Notes under the pieces: generated by a model
What the model was told of the DNA's origin: nothing
The model's input: only the letters and a program-made list of their open reading frames with translations
Database searches by the model: none
IMG/VR virus record: IMGVR_UViG_3300049016_000019
Span: 238-64,237 of that record
Reading direction: 5' to 3' (one strand)
DNA length: 64,000 nt
Source of the DNA: a virus
In this document: positions 36,133 to 45,111 of the stretch, piece after piece
Layout: the number at the start of each line of letters is the position of its first letter
How positions within the stretch are numbered: the first letter of the stretch is position 1
Translations under genes and position numbers: made by a program

Positions 36133-39100
36133 TTAGCCGCGCCTCCCTACTTTTTGCTGAAGCATCATGCGAAGCTTCGGAACGAGTTCACTCTCAAGGC
36201 GCTTGACTGCGTCCTGATCCATATTGCCCTGCACGGTGATAGGCAGGCTGAGATTCACTGCGCCGCAGTCATGATCACGACCCTCGTACTTGGCGTCGTT
36301 CCACGGTTTCGTCTCGCCGCCGCGCTGCCAACGACGATCGTGCTCATAACCCTTGTCGCCATGCGGCCACACCTTCTCGCCGCCACGGAAGCGCACCATC
36401 TCAGGCCCACGCTCACCGACCATGTGCCAGCCTCGCGTAGCTCCAGGCGTGCCCAGAGCGTACGGAGAGCCAGGCACGTTGCCGCCATACCGAGCCTGAA
36501 TGTAGTTCGCCGCCGCCACCATGTTGGCCAGCGGGTCGAGAATGTTGTTCGGCAGCGACGGGTCACGGTACGCCGCGAACGTCGGCGGAATGACCTGCAT
36601 CAGACCCTGAGACGGGATACCCGCCGCAGCGTTGCTGTCCGTCCGGTTGATGGCGTTCGGGTTACCGCCGGACTCTGCCGCCATCAGCGCCAGGAACGCG
36701 GGAAGCTGACTTGCCGACAGGCCAGCGATCTGGAGCGCCTGAGCGGCCAATGCAGACCACGCCTGAACGGACTGGGCACCGGCAACGGGCGCCGAGACGG
36801 CGGCCATTGCTTCGGCCTGCTTCTCCTTGTCCTTATTGATCAAGAAGTCGATAGTGCCCTGGACAGCCTTCTTGCCCATGCCGACCATGATCTTGCCAAA
36901 GTTGCCAGCACCGATATCCAAATTGCCGAGAAGCTTGAACGCCCAGTCAAACGCTTCCTTGAACGGGCCAGCACCGATCAGGCCCAGCAGCATTTTGCCT
37001 AGGCCCTTGAGGTTGCCGCCGGGGATGATAGCGCCCAGGACACCGCCGATGGCCATGTTCAGGGCGTCGCCCAGGTTGTCGCCAGGGGTGAGGTCGGGGC
37101 CGAAGTCAGGACCGATGCCCGTACCGAACAGGCCGCCGCCGTCATCGTCGCCGATGTTGAGTTCCAGCACTCCCGCGAACGCCTGGCTCAGACTCTTGCC
37201 CTGGGCGATGTCCGACAGAATCTTACCGATCTTCTTCAGGATCGGCTGAAGGAGACTCAGGATTCCGCCACCACCACCGCCGCCCACGCCGAGGCCCGTG
37301 CCACCCGCCTTGAAGCTCGCCACCTGAGCGGCGGCGGCCGGGGACAGGTCCGGGTGGGACATCAGAACGGCGTGAATGTGCGGAGACATGCCCTGCTCAG
37401 GACCGCGCATCCATGCCGCGAAACCGGCGTTGATCAGCGCTTGCAGATACGCCGCATTCGGAACGATGTCGATCACGCCGCCACGGTCATGCGTGCCCGC
37501 ACTAGCCGCCACGCCCGGGTTGTACTCCGGCTGAATGATCGCACTGGCCGGGACTCCCGCACGCGCAAGAGCGGCAAGAGTGATGCCGCCCATGGCGAAC
37601 GACTGGAGAGTTGAATTCAGGCCGCCCGGGACAACGCCACCTTCGGCATACCGCTGCATACCAGCGTTATTGCCCTTGCGGTCCCGTCCGTGACTCCTCT
37701 TGTTCCAGCGCCTGTTGCGCCATCCGCCTGTCGGGCCACCCTTTCGGCCCGCCCGACCCTTGCTGTAGTGGTAGTTGGCGGAATGGACAAAGCCGGGACC
37801 GCCAAGTCCCTTGACAGCTTCGGGAACCAGGACGCCCTCGCCCGGAGACAGGACCGCAGGAACACGATCCTTACCGGGAGCATAGCCCGGCACCGTACCA
37901 CCGTGAGCGAAGGCCACGGGCGGCTTGCCCGCGATACCGCCGTACTCGAACCCGATGACACCACCCTCGGCCAGAGCCGGGATGGCTGAGATGCTAACGT
38001 TGATGTTCAGGAAGTCGGCGACCTTATTAAAGCCGCCAGTAACCTTGTTGATGAACCCAATGACAGCATTGATTGCAGCCTTGATGACGCTCTTGATCTT
38101 TTCCCAGATATCACTAGCGATATCCCTGACGGCGTTCCAGCCATTCGACCAGGACGTACGGAAAGCTGCGATGAAGGCGTTCCAAGTATCCTGAACGCCC
38201 TTCGTGAAGGCATTCCACAAACCTCTGATCGCGGTCCAGACAGTATCCGCAACGTTCTTGACGAAATTCCAGCCGTTGGACCAGGACGTACGGAAGGCAG
38301 CAATGAAGGCATTCCAAATGTTCTGGATCGCTTGAGTGAAAGCAGTCCAAGCTGCCTTCAACGCGTTCCAGATTGTCTCGGCTGCCGTTTTGACAAAGTT
38401 CCAGCCGTTCTGCCAGGACGTACGGAAGGCCGCTATGAACGTGTTCCAGATGTTCTGAACTGCCGTCACGAATGCCTGCCATGCGGCTTGCAATGCAGTC
38501 CAGATAGCCCTTGCTGCGGTGCTGACAGCGTTCCAGGCCGCGTTCCAGGCCGCCGAGAAGGCGGACGAGAAGGTGCTCCAGGCTGTCTGCATGGCGGTCA
38601 TGAACGCCTGCCAAGCGACTTGCAGTGCAGTCCAGATAGCCCTTGCTGCCGTACTCAGAGCGTTCCAGACGGCGTTCCAGGCCGCCGACAGAGCCCCCGA
38701 TACAGCTGTCCAGATGGTCTGAAGAGCCGTAATAAAAGCGTTCCAGGCAACCTGCATAGCTGTCCAAATAGCCTGAGCCGAAACTCGCATGGCGTTCCAA
38801 ACAGCGTTCCAGGCGGCGGACAGGGCGGAACTAACGGTAACCCAAACGACCTGAAGGGCCATGATGAAAGCGCTCCACGCTACCTGCATGCCCGTCCAGA
38901 TCGTACGGGCGACCGTAGCTATGGCGTTCCAGACAGCGTTCCAGGCTGTAACCAGGGCCGTAGACACAGTAGTCCAGACGAGCTGAAGTGCCATGATGAA
39001 GGCACTCCAGGCTACCTGCATCCCTGTCCAGATCGTCCTAGCTACAAGGGCTATGGCGTTCCAGACAGCGTTCCAGGCCGTAACTAGGGCCGTGGACACG

Positions 39101-40476
39101 GTAGTCCAGACGAGCTGAAGCGCCATGATGAACGCTTGCCATCCGACCTGCATGGCCGTCCAGACGAAACGCGCCACTGCGAGCATGGCGTTCCAGATGG
39201 TACTCCAGTTCAGCGCGAGGAGAGCGAGCACGCCGATCGGCCCCATGAGCAGAAGCGTAAGCTGCCCCAGACCTTGTGTCAGGAAGTTCCACACGGCCAT
39301 GGCGACCGTCTTGATGAAGTTCCAGGCGTAGGTCCAAGCGGTCTGAAACCACGTGGTCTTCGTGGCGATCAGGACGATAGCAGTCACCAGAGCCGCGATC
39401 GCGATAACGATAACGCCTATCGGAGAAGCTGCGAACACAAAGTTCAAAACAGCCCAAGCCAACCTGAGTTGCGTCACCGCGATCGTCACGAGTCGAATGA
39501 CCAGCAAGCCTAGGATCGCAGCCTTCCAGGCCACGAACCCTATGACGATCGCCTGAATCCAGCCCGGCGGAAGTGCGGCCACGATGCGCAGGAGCGTTGT
39601 CGCCAGCCCGAGAGACAGCGGCCCCAGGCCAGACATAGCCCTGAGCACGTTCCCCAGGGCCGCAACGAGCGCCTTGAAGAACTCCCTTACTGGGCCAGAG
39701 CTTTCCTTTACCTTCTCCAAGAATCTGGCAAATCCCCCGCCTTCAGCCCACGCTCGCATCGCTGCTGCGCCGTCGCGAAGGGATTTGGACACACTTACGC
39801 TCAACGGGAGGAAGGTGCGGAACCCTATCCCTAGTGTCGCTAGAACGTCCCTGCCTGCCGCAATCAGGTTGCGGAGCGCGGGCACACCGAACTTGATCAC
39901 GTTGTCGATGAATCGCTGGAATCCGTTGTCGCGCCCCATCCATGACCGGAAAGCCTCTGCCACCTTGAGGATTTCAGGATGCACCGCCCTGACGAGCGGA
40001 GTCATCTTGCCTAGGCCGGTAGTCAGTCCCTGGACCGCCACCGTGGCAGTCTTGAGCGTCATGCCCTCGGTTGACTTAATGAAGCCGGTCCAGGCGCTTT
40101 TCATGCCGTTGACGCTACGCACGAACGTCGTCTGGACAGGGCTCAACTTCTGTCCGGCTTTGGCCATTTCGAGAGTGCGCTCAATGGCACCCTTGGCAGC
40201 CAGGCCGTAGGCCCCAAGCGCCGCACCGGTCGTGACGGCCATGGCCGCCGACGCCGCGCCAACTCCCGCAAGAGCGGTGCTGATTGGAATCAGGGCGGGA
40301 GTCAACGCGACGGCGGCAGTGATAAGCGGCTGGAACCTAGCGGCAGTTGCGATCAGAGCTTTCTCGTTGCGCTCAAGAGTAGTGCTCAGGTCGTTGATGT
40401 CGCGACGAGCAGCACGCACGCCTGCGGCGTTGTAGTGGCTGAAGATGTTAAAGCCGAGGCTGGTGATCGTAGCCAC
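36133..40476 (-). CDS. Tape measure protein with C-terminal lytic transglycosylase (SLT)
   Basis: 1447 aa, W-rich 11/22-residue periodic repeats; AESGGNPNAIN..QGLMQVI..ILDPLANMVAAANY. Confidence 0.95.
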   Translation of the reverse strand: MATITSLGFNIFSHYNAAGVRAARRDINDLSTTLERNEKALIATAARFQPLITAAVALTPALIPISTALAGVGAASAAMAVTTGAALGAYGLAAKGAIERTLEMAKAGQKLSPVQTTFVRSVNGMKSAWTGFIKSTEGMTLKTATVAVQGLTTGLGKMTPLVRAVHPEILKVAEAFRSWMGRDNGFQRFIDNVIKFGVPALRNLIAAGRDVLATLGIGFRTFLPLSVSVSKSLRDGAAAMRAWAEGGGFARFLEKVKESSGPVREFFKALVAALGNVLRAMSGLGPLSLGLATTLLRIVAALPPGWIQAIVIGFVAWKAAILGLLVIRLVTIAVTQLRLAWAVLNFVFAASPIGVIVIAIAALVTAIVLIATKTTWFQTAWTYAWNFIKTVAMAVWNFLTQGLGQLTLLLMGPIGVLALLALNWSTIWNAMLAVARFVWTAMQVGWQAFIMALQLVWTTVSTALVTAWNAVWNAIALVARTIWTGMQVAWSAFIMALQLVWTTVSTALVTAWNAVWNAIATVARTIWTGMQVAWSAFIMALQVVWVTVSSALSAAWNAVWNAMRVSAQAIWTAMQVAWNAFITALQTIWTAVSGALSAAWNAVWNALSTAARAIWTALQVAWQAFMTAMQTAWSTFSSAFSAAWNAAWNAVSTAARAIWTALQAAWQAFVTAVQNIWNTFIAAFRTSWQNGWNFVKTAAETIWNALKAAWTAFTQAIQNIWNAFIAAFRTSWSNGWNFVKNVADTVWTAIRGLWNAFTKGVQDTWNAFIAAFRTSWSNGWNAVRDIASDIWEKIKSVIKAAINAVIGFINKVTGGFNKVADFLNINVSISAIPALAEGGVIGFEYGGIAGKPPVAFAHGGTVPGYAPGKDRVPAVLSPGEGVLVPEAVKGLGGPGFVHSANYHYSKGRAGRKGGPTGGWRNRRWNKRSHGRDRKGNNAGMQRYAEGGVVPGGLNSTLQSFAMGGITLAALARAGVPASAIIQPEYNPGVAASAGTHDRGGVIDIVPNAAYLQALINAGFAAWMRGPEQGMSPHIHAVLMSHPDLSPAAAAQVASFKAGGTGLGVGGGGGGGILSLLQPILKKIGKILSDIAQGKSLSQAFAGVLELNIGDDDGGGLFGTGIGPDFGPDLTPGDNLGDALNMAIGGVLGAIIPGGNLKGLGKMLLGLIGAGPFKEAFDWAFKLLGNLDIGAGNFGKIMVGMGKKAVQGTIDFLINKDKEKQAEAMAAVSAPVAGAQSVQAWSALAAQALQIAGLSASQLPAFLALMAAESGGNPNAINRTDSNAAAGIPSQGLMQVIPPTFAAYRDPSLPNNILDPLANMVAAANYIQARYGGNVPGSPYALGTPGATRGWHMVGERGPEMVRFRGGEKVWPHGDKGYEHDRRWQRGGETKPWNDAKYEGRDHDCGAVNLSLPITVQGNMDQDAVKRLESELVPKLRMMLQQKVGRRG

Positions 40477-40479
40477 TAC

Positions 40480-40824
40480 TCACTCCTCACTCGCTGCGGC
40501 CTTTTGCTCCGCTGCACGTCGTGCTCGTTTGTACATCTCGTGTGAACGCGGGTAGCGCTCCGCCTTTGGCACGGGGTTCTTCTTGCCCTTGCCCGTGAAG
40601 TTCGCCGCACCGAACATGTGATTGAAGTGCTGTTGCAACTCGTGCATTTGGGCCAGCAGTTCATCACGCCATTGGCTGCCGATGGGGCCGTTCTCTCGCT
40701 CGTAAGCAACCCACTCGCTGAACATGCGAGAACTCATACCGTCCAGCATCGCGTCCACGTCTGCGCAACCGAGGGCCAGGGCTAGTCGGAAGGCGAACTC
40801 CCGTTCTGGCCGCTGCCGAAACCC
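40480..40824 (-). CDS. Tail assembly chaperone, -1 frameshift extension
   Basis: Slippery G-GGT-TTC (plus 40818-40824); -1 frame reads FRQRPEREFAFRLALALG..VDAMLDGMSSRMFSEW. Confidence 0.8.
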   Translation of the reverse strand, partial: GFRQRPEREFAFRLALALGCADVDAMLDGMSSRMFSEWVAYERENGPIGSQWRDELLAQMHELQQHFNHMFGAANFTGKGKKNPVPKAERYPRSHEMYKRARRAAEQKAAASEE

Positions 40825-41177
40825 TCGGCCAGCTCCTCAACATCCTCGTCACTGAGCCCGTTCAGCTCGTTGCACTTCATGAACAGGCGCTGAAGGGCGG
40901 CAGCCGACTTCTCACCCAGGCGGGAAACGTCGCCGGAGTCGAACACGCGCTTACCGTCCTCGTCCACGATGCAGAGCGCGACAAGGCGGGCGCGGATGTT
41001 GGCGAGGTTCTGCTTCATCTTGTTGCCGCGCGTCTCGACCGTGGACGCCTCGAACGCGTCACGCTCCTTGGCGGTCAGCATACGCAGTCGAACGGAGCCA
41101 CCCCATTCGGGGACCTCTACGTCCACCGTCTTGAGGTCGTCATAGTCAAGGATCTGATCCCTGTTGAGCAGTGCCAC
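40782..41177 (-). CDS. Tail assembly chaperone
   Basis: LNRDQIL..DDL..VEVPEWGGSVRLRMLT..ERDAFE..RARLVALCIVDEDG. Confidence 0.9.
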   Translation of the reverse strand: MALLNRDQILDYDDLKTVDVEVPEWGGSVRLRMLTAKERDAFEASTVETRGNKMKQNLANIRARLVALCIVDEDGKRVFDSGDVSRLGEKSAAALQRLFMKCNELNGLSDEDVEELAEGFGSGQNGSSPSD

Positions 41178-41218
41178 TGTTTTCTCCTTTTGCGGGTACG
41201 CGGGTATGCGGGTAGATG

Positions 41219-41260
41219 AAAAATGAAGGGAGGCAGGGGACCCGCACGCCCCTGCCCCCC
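41219..41260 (-). terminator. Terminator-like hairpin
   Basis: GGCAGGGG/CCCCTGCC stem with downstream T-run on minus strand. Confidence 0.55.
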
Positions 41261-41268
41261 AGTCTAGG

Positions 41269-41760
41269 TCAGCCCGATCTAGCGACAGTGTCCCGAGCAT
41301 CTTCCAGAACATCCGTCAAGGCGTCCTGAATCGGAACCCTGCCGTCCTGGAATGTGTCGGTGAACCATGAGCCAGAGCCTCGCTGAGTAACCCACACGTC
41401 CCTGTTACCGAATACGGGGTGCCTCCATCCCTGCGGCCTGTCCAGACCGCGAGGAATGATCGCCTCGTTCGGCTGATTCATGGACGTAGTCACGCGCACA
41501 GTGGTCGTCGCCCCAGATCGCGTTGTCTCTGAATCCACGCCACGAGCCACCCTGGCCCGAAGGCCGGTTGAGCCCGCATGTCCACGAACTCGCATAGTAC
41601 GTACGCGAGCTTTGGCCTCTTCAACAAGCGGCAATGACGCACCCTTGAGAGCCCTACCGAGACGCGCGTCCATGGTGGATTCAACTTCGCGCAGAGCCAG
41701 AGCCGTACGCAAGAACTCTGGCCCTGCAACGATCCAGATCGTCTGCTTACCAGCGGGCAT
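41269..41760 (-). CDS. HK97-gp10-like tail/neck component
   Basis: TGLRARVA...GWRHPVFG...Q...WF motif. Confidence 0.7.
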   Translation of the reverse strand: MPAGKQTIWIVAGPEFLRTALALREVESTMDARLGRALKGASLPLVEEAKARVRTMRVRGHAGSTGLRARVARGVDSETTRSGATTTVRVTTSMNQPNEAIIPRGLDRPQGWRHPVFGNRDVWVTQRGSGSWFTDTFQDGRVPIQDALTDVLEDARDTVARSG

Positions 41761-41763
41761 GGC

Positions 41764-42180
41764 CTACGCGACGGCGCGGGCGATGCCAGACCTCTGGGCG
41801 GTGAAGGTGACCTCGGTCTCGGAGAGGTCGCCGACGTCACCGGCAAGGGGCTGGTACTCAAGCAGGATGCAGGTAGCGCTGTACTGCGGGTTGCTCGGGC
41901 CAACCGCAGCGGAAGTCGGGCGCACCTTAACGACGAACTCAAGCTCCTGATCCCAAAGGGGATAGAGCACGGCGTCGGTAGCGCCAGACGCGTAGTCCTG
42001 CTGGAAGTTCAGCTCAAACGAGTCGTCCTTGAGACCGTGAGCACGCTCACGGCCATCGCCACCGAAGTTGGTGGTGTCGATCTCATCCTTGGACAGGTTG
42101 ACGGTAACCGAGGAGACGTGAGACGAGAAGTTCACGCCGTTGACCTCGATGTAGCAGTTTCTCAGGACAAGCTTAGCCAT
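41764..42180 (-). CDS. Major tail (tube) protein
   Basis: VSSVTVNLSKDEIDTTNFG..RE..GL.D..L.F.QD...NPQYS..C.L..Y.P. Confidence 0.85.
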   Translation of the reverse strand: MAKLVLRNCYIEVNGVNFSSHVSSVTVNLSKDEIDTTNFGGDGRERAHGLKDDSFELNFQQDYASGATDAVLYPLWDQELEFVVKVRPTSAAVGPSNPQYSATCILLEYQPLAGDVGDLSETEVTFTAQRSGIARAVA

Positions 42181-42191
42181 TTTCTAGCTCC

Positions 42192-42533
42192 TTAGGCCCA
42201 GTTGGCGCGAACGATAGCAACGGTGATACCCGCGTCCTGCGCACTCGTCGTAAGAGTGGCACGACCCGTACCGTCGTCGTATTCCTTACGCAGCGGAATC
42301 CACAGCTCCCCAATCGTGATTGGCAGCGACAGCGTCGGGTCAGGAGTTGCCTGACCGTACGACGTGCTACCAGGGACAGTGATTCCCACGTTGCAAACGG
42401 TTGAGGATGTGTTCTTGTACACCGCGAAAGTGTTGCGTCCGGAACCTATTTCAGCAGTGTCGGAAGCGGCGGCGGCCGTGAAGGTCGGCTTAGTGCCCGC
42501 GTCCACGATGTTGTATGTCGTCAGTGCGGCCAT
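42192..42533 (-). CDS. Virion protein, tandem duplicate copy 2
   Basis: Highly similar to 42553-42891. Confidence 0.75.
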   Translation of the reverse strand: MAALTTYNIVDAGTKPTFTAAAASDTAEIGSGRNTFAVYKNTSSTVCNVGITVPGSTSYGQATPDPTLSLPITIGELWIPLRKEYDDGTGRATLTTSAQDAGITVAIVRANWA

Positions 42534-42552
42534 ATCATTGACCTACCTTTCA

Positions 42553-42891
42553 CTATGCCCAGTTGGCGCGAACGACAGCGACAGTAATGCCGGTAGCGCT
42601 CGTCATCGTAATAGTCGCCCTACCTGTGCCGTCGTCATATTCCTTGCGCATCGGAATCCACAGCTCTCCCGTAGTGGCCCCGATAGTCAGCACGGGGTTC
42701 GGTGTCGGCTGTCCATACGCCATGTTGCCAGGAACTACGACGGTTATGTCTTCGGTGGTCGCGTCCGTGTTCTTGTAGACCGCGAACGTGTTCCGCCCCG
42801 AACCGATCTCGACAGTGTCCGAAGTTGACGCCGCGCCGAAAGTAGGCTTGGTGCCAGCGTCCACGATGTTCTGAGTTGACAGTGCAGCCAT
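42553..42891 (-). CDS. Virion protein, tandem duplicate copy 1
   Basis: MAAL.T.NIVDAGTKPTF..EIGSGRNTFAVYKNT..GELWIP.RKEYDDGTGRAT. Confidence 0.75.
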   Translation of the reverse strand: MAALSTQNIVDAGTKPTFGAASTSDTVEIGSGRNTFAVYKNTDATTEDITVVVPGNMAYGQPTPNPVLTIGATTGELWIPMRKEYDDGTGRATITMTSATGITVAVVRANWA

Positions 42892-42908
42892 GGCACCTAA
42901 CCCCTTTC

Positions 42909-43331
42909 CTAGTAACCGTTCGTGCGAACGATCACCTTGATGATGGCGCCCACGTGCGATATGCGCGCCGTCTGGAACTCTCCGCCGTATCCGTCCATCC
43001 CACTAGCGAACGCATCAACGTCAGCTATGCCTAGGGTCGGGTTGTTGAAGAGCACTTCACGGACGCTGTTAGGCCCAGCGCCCGTGAGAAATTCGTCCAA
43101 CTCCTCCTGAGAGCTGGTCGTATCGGATCGTCCGACGAGTATGTAAACATCGAACGTCCACTCGTCAGTGCCTCGCGCGAAGGCGACTGCCCAGTCCGCT
43201 TTGCGCGGCATGACTACTGCGGCAGGAACCTGGGCCACGTCGGCAACTCGCTCGTACACGCTCATCTCCGCCGCTACGCCGTCAGCGATAGCGTCAGCTA
43301 GAGCCTCGCGAATCTCGGTGAGGGTGGCCAT
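42909..43331 (-). CDS. Tail terminator protein
   Basis: Position and LTEIREALAD..PAAVV..W.F.V.ILV..SQEELD pattern. Confidence 0.7.
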   Translation of the reverse strand: MATLTEIREALADAIADGVAAEMSVYERVADVAQVPAAVVMPRKADWAVAFARGTDEWTFDVYILVGRSDTTSSQEELDEFLTGAGPNSVREVLFNNPTLGIADVDAFASGMDGYGGEFQTARISHVGAIIKVIVRTNGY

Positions 43332-43960
43332 CAGCCAACCTCCACACGGTTCTTGACGTAGGGCCCCAGCCTGTCCCGATTGATCTTCACGTCACGGACA
43401 CGGATCACGTTGCCGAACTGATCACTACCAGCAACACCCAGCGGAGCATCCTTCATCTGGAACTGCTCCGCCGCGATAGCGAACGTAGCCATCCGGACAG
43501 GGTCCGGTACGGCGACCCACCCCCACTGGGCAGTGACCTCAAGGCGTGCTGTCCGACTGGTGTACCGATAGCACGGAAAGCGCCTACTGGCCGCAGCGCG
43601 AATCTCATTGAACGGCCAGTCGGGCATCCCGTCCTGGAGTCCACCGAATGGGTACAGCTCATAGTCCGTAGACGCCCATGTCGTCTCGAACGTCCCGTCG
43701 CCAGTCTCGTCCGTCTTGATAACCAACCCAGTTACGGTGTGGAAGTCATCAACGTAACTCCACATGCGGTTAGTTGGGACATAGATCCTGGCTGTGGCCG
43801 TCGCTGTCTTGTTGAACTGCCGACTACACAGCAACTCAACCTGCCGACTTGCGGAGTAGATGGCGTTCGTCAGAAGATCATCATACCGAACCTCGACATC
43901 CTTGATCTTCAGATAGTCCTTCATCTCCGCGAGGGTGACGTATGGATCGCCGATCGCCAT
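43331..43960 (-). CDS. Head-to-tail adaptor (gp6-like)
   Basis: YVTLAEMKDYL..ASRQVE..C.RQF..VTAQWGWVAVPDPVR.AT. Confidence 0.85.
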   Translation of the reverse strand: MAIGDPYVTLAEMKDYLKIKDVEVRYDDLLTNAIYSASRQVELLCSRQFNKTATATARIYVPTNRMWSYVDDFHTVTGLVIKTDETGDGTFETTWASTDYELYPFGGLQDGMPDWPFNEIRAAASRRFPCYRYTSRTARLEVTAQWGWVAVPDPVRMATFAIAAEQFQMKDAPLGVAGSDQFGNVIRVRDVKINRDRLGPYVKNRVEVG

Positions 43961-43971
43961 CAGTGCCCTCC

Positions 43972-44364
43972 TTAGATCACGTGGCCGACTGCAACCCAAG
44001 CAGTGACAGTGGGACTCGTACCGCCAGACAGGGTACTCAGTCGCGCCCGGATATAGCGCACATGAGGCATGTATATACGGTCAGGAGTGCCGGAAATCTC
44101 TTCCCCATTCGTGACCGTGCTGGAAGCGTATCCCGTCGCCGAAAGAGAAGTCACTCCAGTGCCGAACCAGTTAACCCCGTCCAGGGAGCCCATGATTGTC
44201 ACTTGAGCCGCTGTCGGGCTACCGGTAGTGAAGTGGTGCACCGTATACTCGTTCGACACTCCGCCGAGATCTATCGACGTACCGTCAGTCCCAGATTCTG
44301 TCGCTGTGTCAAGGGACTTGAACGGCAACACTGACTTAGCCTGAGATACGGCAACCTCACACAT
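43972..44364 (-). CDS. Putative head decoration protein, paralog 2
   Basis: GSLDGVNW..RYIRAR..GGTSP shared with 44621 gene. Confidence 0.55.
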   Translation of the reverse strand: MCEVAVSQAKSVLPFKSLDTATESGTDGTSIDLGGVSNEYTVHHFTTGSPTAAQVTIMGSLDGVNWFGTGVTSLSATGYASSTVTNGEEISGTPDRIYMPHVRYIRARLSTLSGGTSPTVTAWVAVGHVI

Positions 44365-44614
44365 CAGCATCACCCTTCGGCTCGTCGTCAGCCTTCTTGG
44401 GCCTGGGCAGCGAAAGCGAGCGACGCTCCCCAGGTGCCGCAGTCGCTTGTTCCACGTCGTAGTGCACATGCAGCGGTTCGAACATGGCGCCATGCTCCTT
44501 CAGGAGTGCGTGACCCTTGCGAACAATGGTTACGCCCTTCCGAAGCATCACGCGCTCACCGTTCACAGACACGAGAGCGTTAGTGTTGCAAACATACAGA
44601 TCAACGGAAGCCAT
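44357..44614 (-). CDS. Small head-associated protein
   Basis: VEQATAAPGERR motif after the capsid gene. Confidence 0.6.
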   Translation of the reverse strand: MASVDLYVCNTNALVSVNGERVMLRKGVTIVRKGHALLKEHGAMFEPLHVHYDVEQATAAPGERRSLSLPRPKKADDEPKGDADV

Positions 44615-44620
44615 GTGGCA

Positions 44621-45013
44621 TCAGCCCATCTCAGCCGAAGCTGAATAGGTGAACGACGGCGTAGTGCCACCAACAACCGAACGCGTCCGAAGGTACTGCA
44701 CCGCCGGGAACACGCCTCGCACCGTAGCCGCCCCAGTGAAGTTGCTGGGCGCTGTACCGACAGAACCAACACGGTAGCCGTTAGCGCCGATCGTGCCCAG
44801 CTCGAACCACGTGCTTGAGTCGTTGGACCCCTCCACGACGACTGTCATCGTAGGAGTTGTGCCAGACGCAGCAGTTACAGCTACCGTAACGACAGCCACG
44901 GAAGCAAGCTTGGTATTCAGAACGCCATGCGTAGTGGACGATGTCTCTGCGGCCGAACTCTTCGTAACTCCAAGCGAGCCACGCCGACGACCAGAGCTAG
45001 AGAAGTAACCCAT
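44621..45013 (-). CDS. Putative head decoration protein, paralog 1
   Basis: EGSNDSSTW..QYLRTR..GGTTPSFT. Confidence 0.55.
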   Translation of the reverse strand: MGYFSSSGRRRGSLGVTKSSAAETSSTTHGVLNTKLASVAVVTVAVTAASGTTPTMTVVVEGSNDSSTWFELGTIGANGYRVGSVGTAPSNFTGAATVRGVFPAVQYLRTRSVVGGTTPSFTYSASAEMG

Positions 45014-45054
45014 TTTCTCAACACCCTTTCTGGGCGATGGTTCGCCCGCGAGTA

Positions 45055-45097
45055 AGAGGCGCGACGCAAAGGTAATGAACCGAAGCGTCGCGCCTCT
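45055..45097. terminator. 13-bp hairpin after the capsid gene
   Basis: AGAGGCGCGACGC / GCGTCGCGCCTCT perfect inverted repeat. Confidence 0.7.
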
Positions 45098-45111
45098 AGT
45101 AATGCGAAAGC

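Noticed and set aside
38100-39300. Long near-identical direct repeats as possible DGR template/variable regions
   Set aside because: They are in-frame tape-measure repeats; no reverse transcriptase and no evident adenine-specific mismatch pattern
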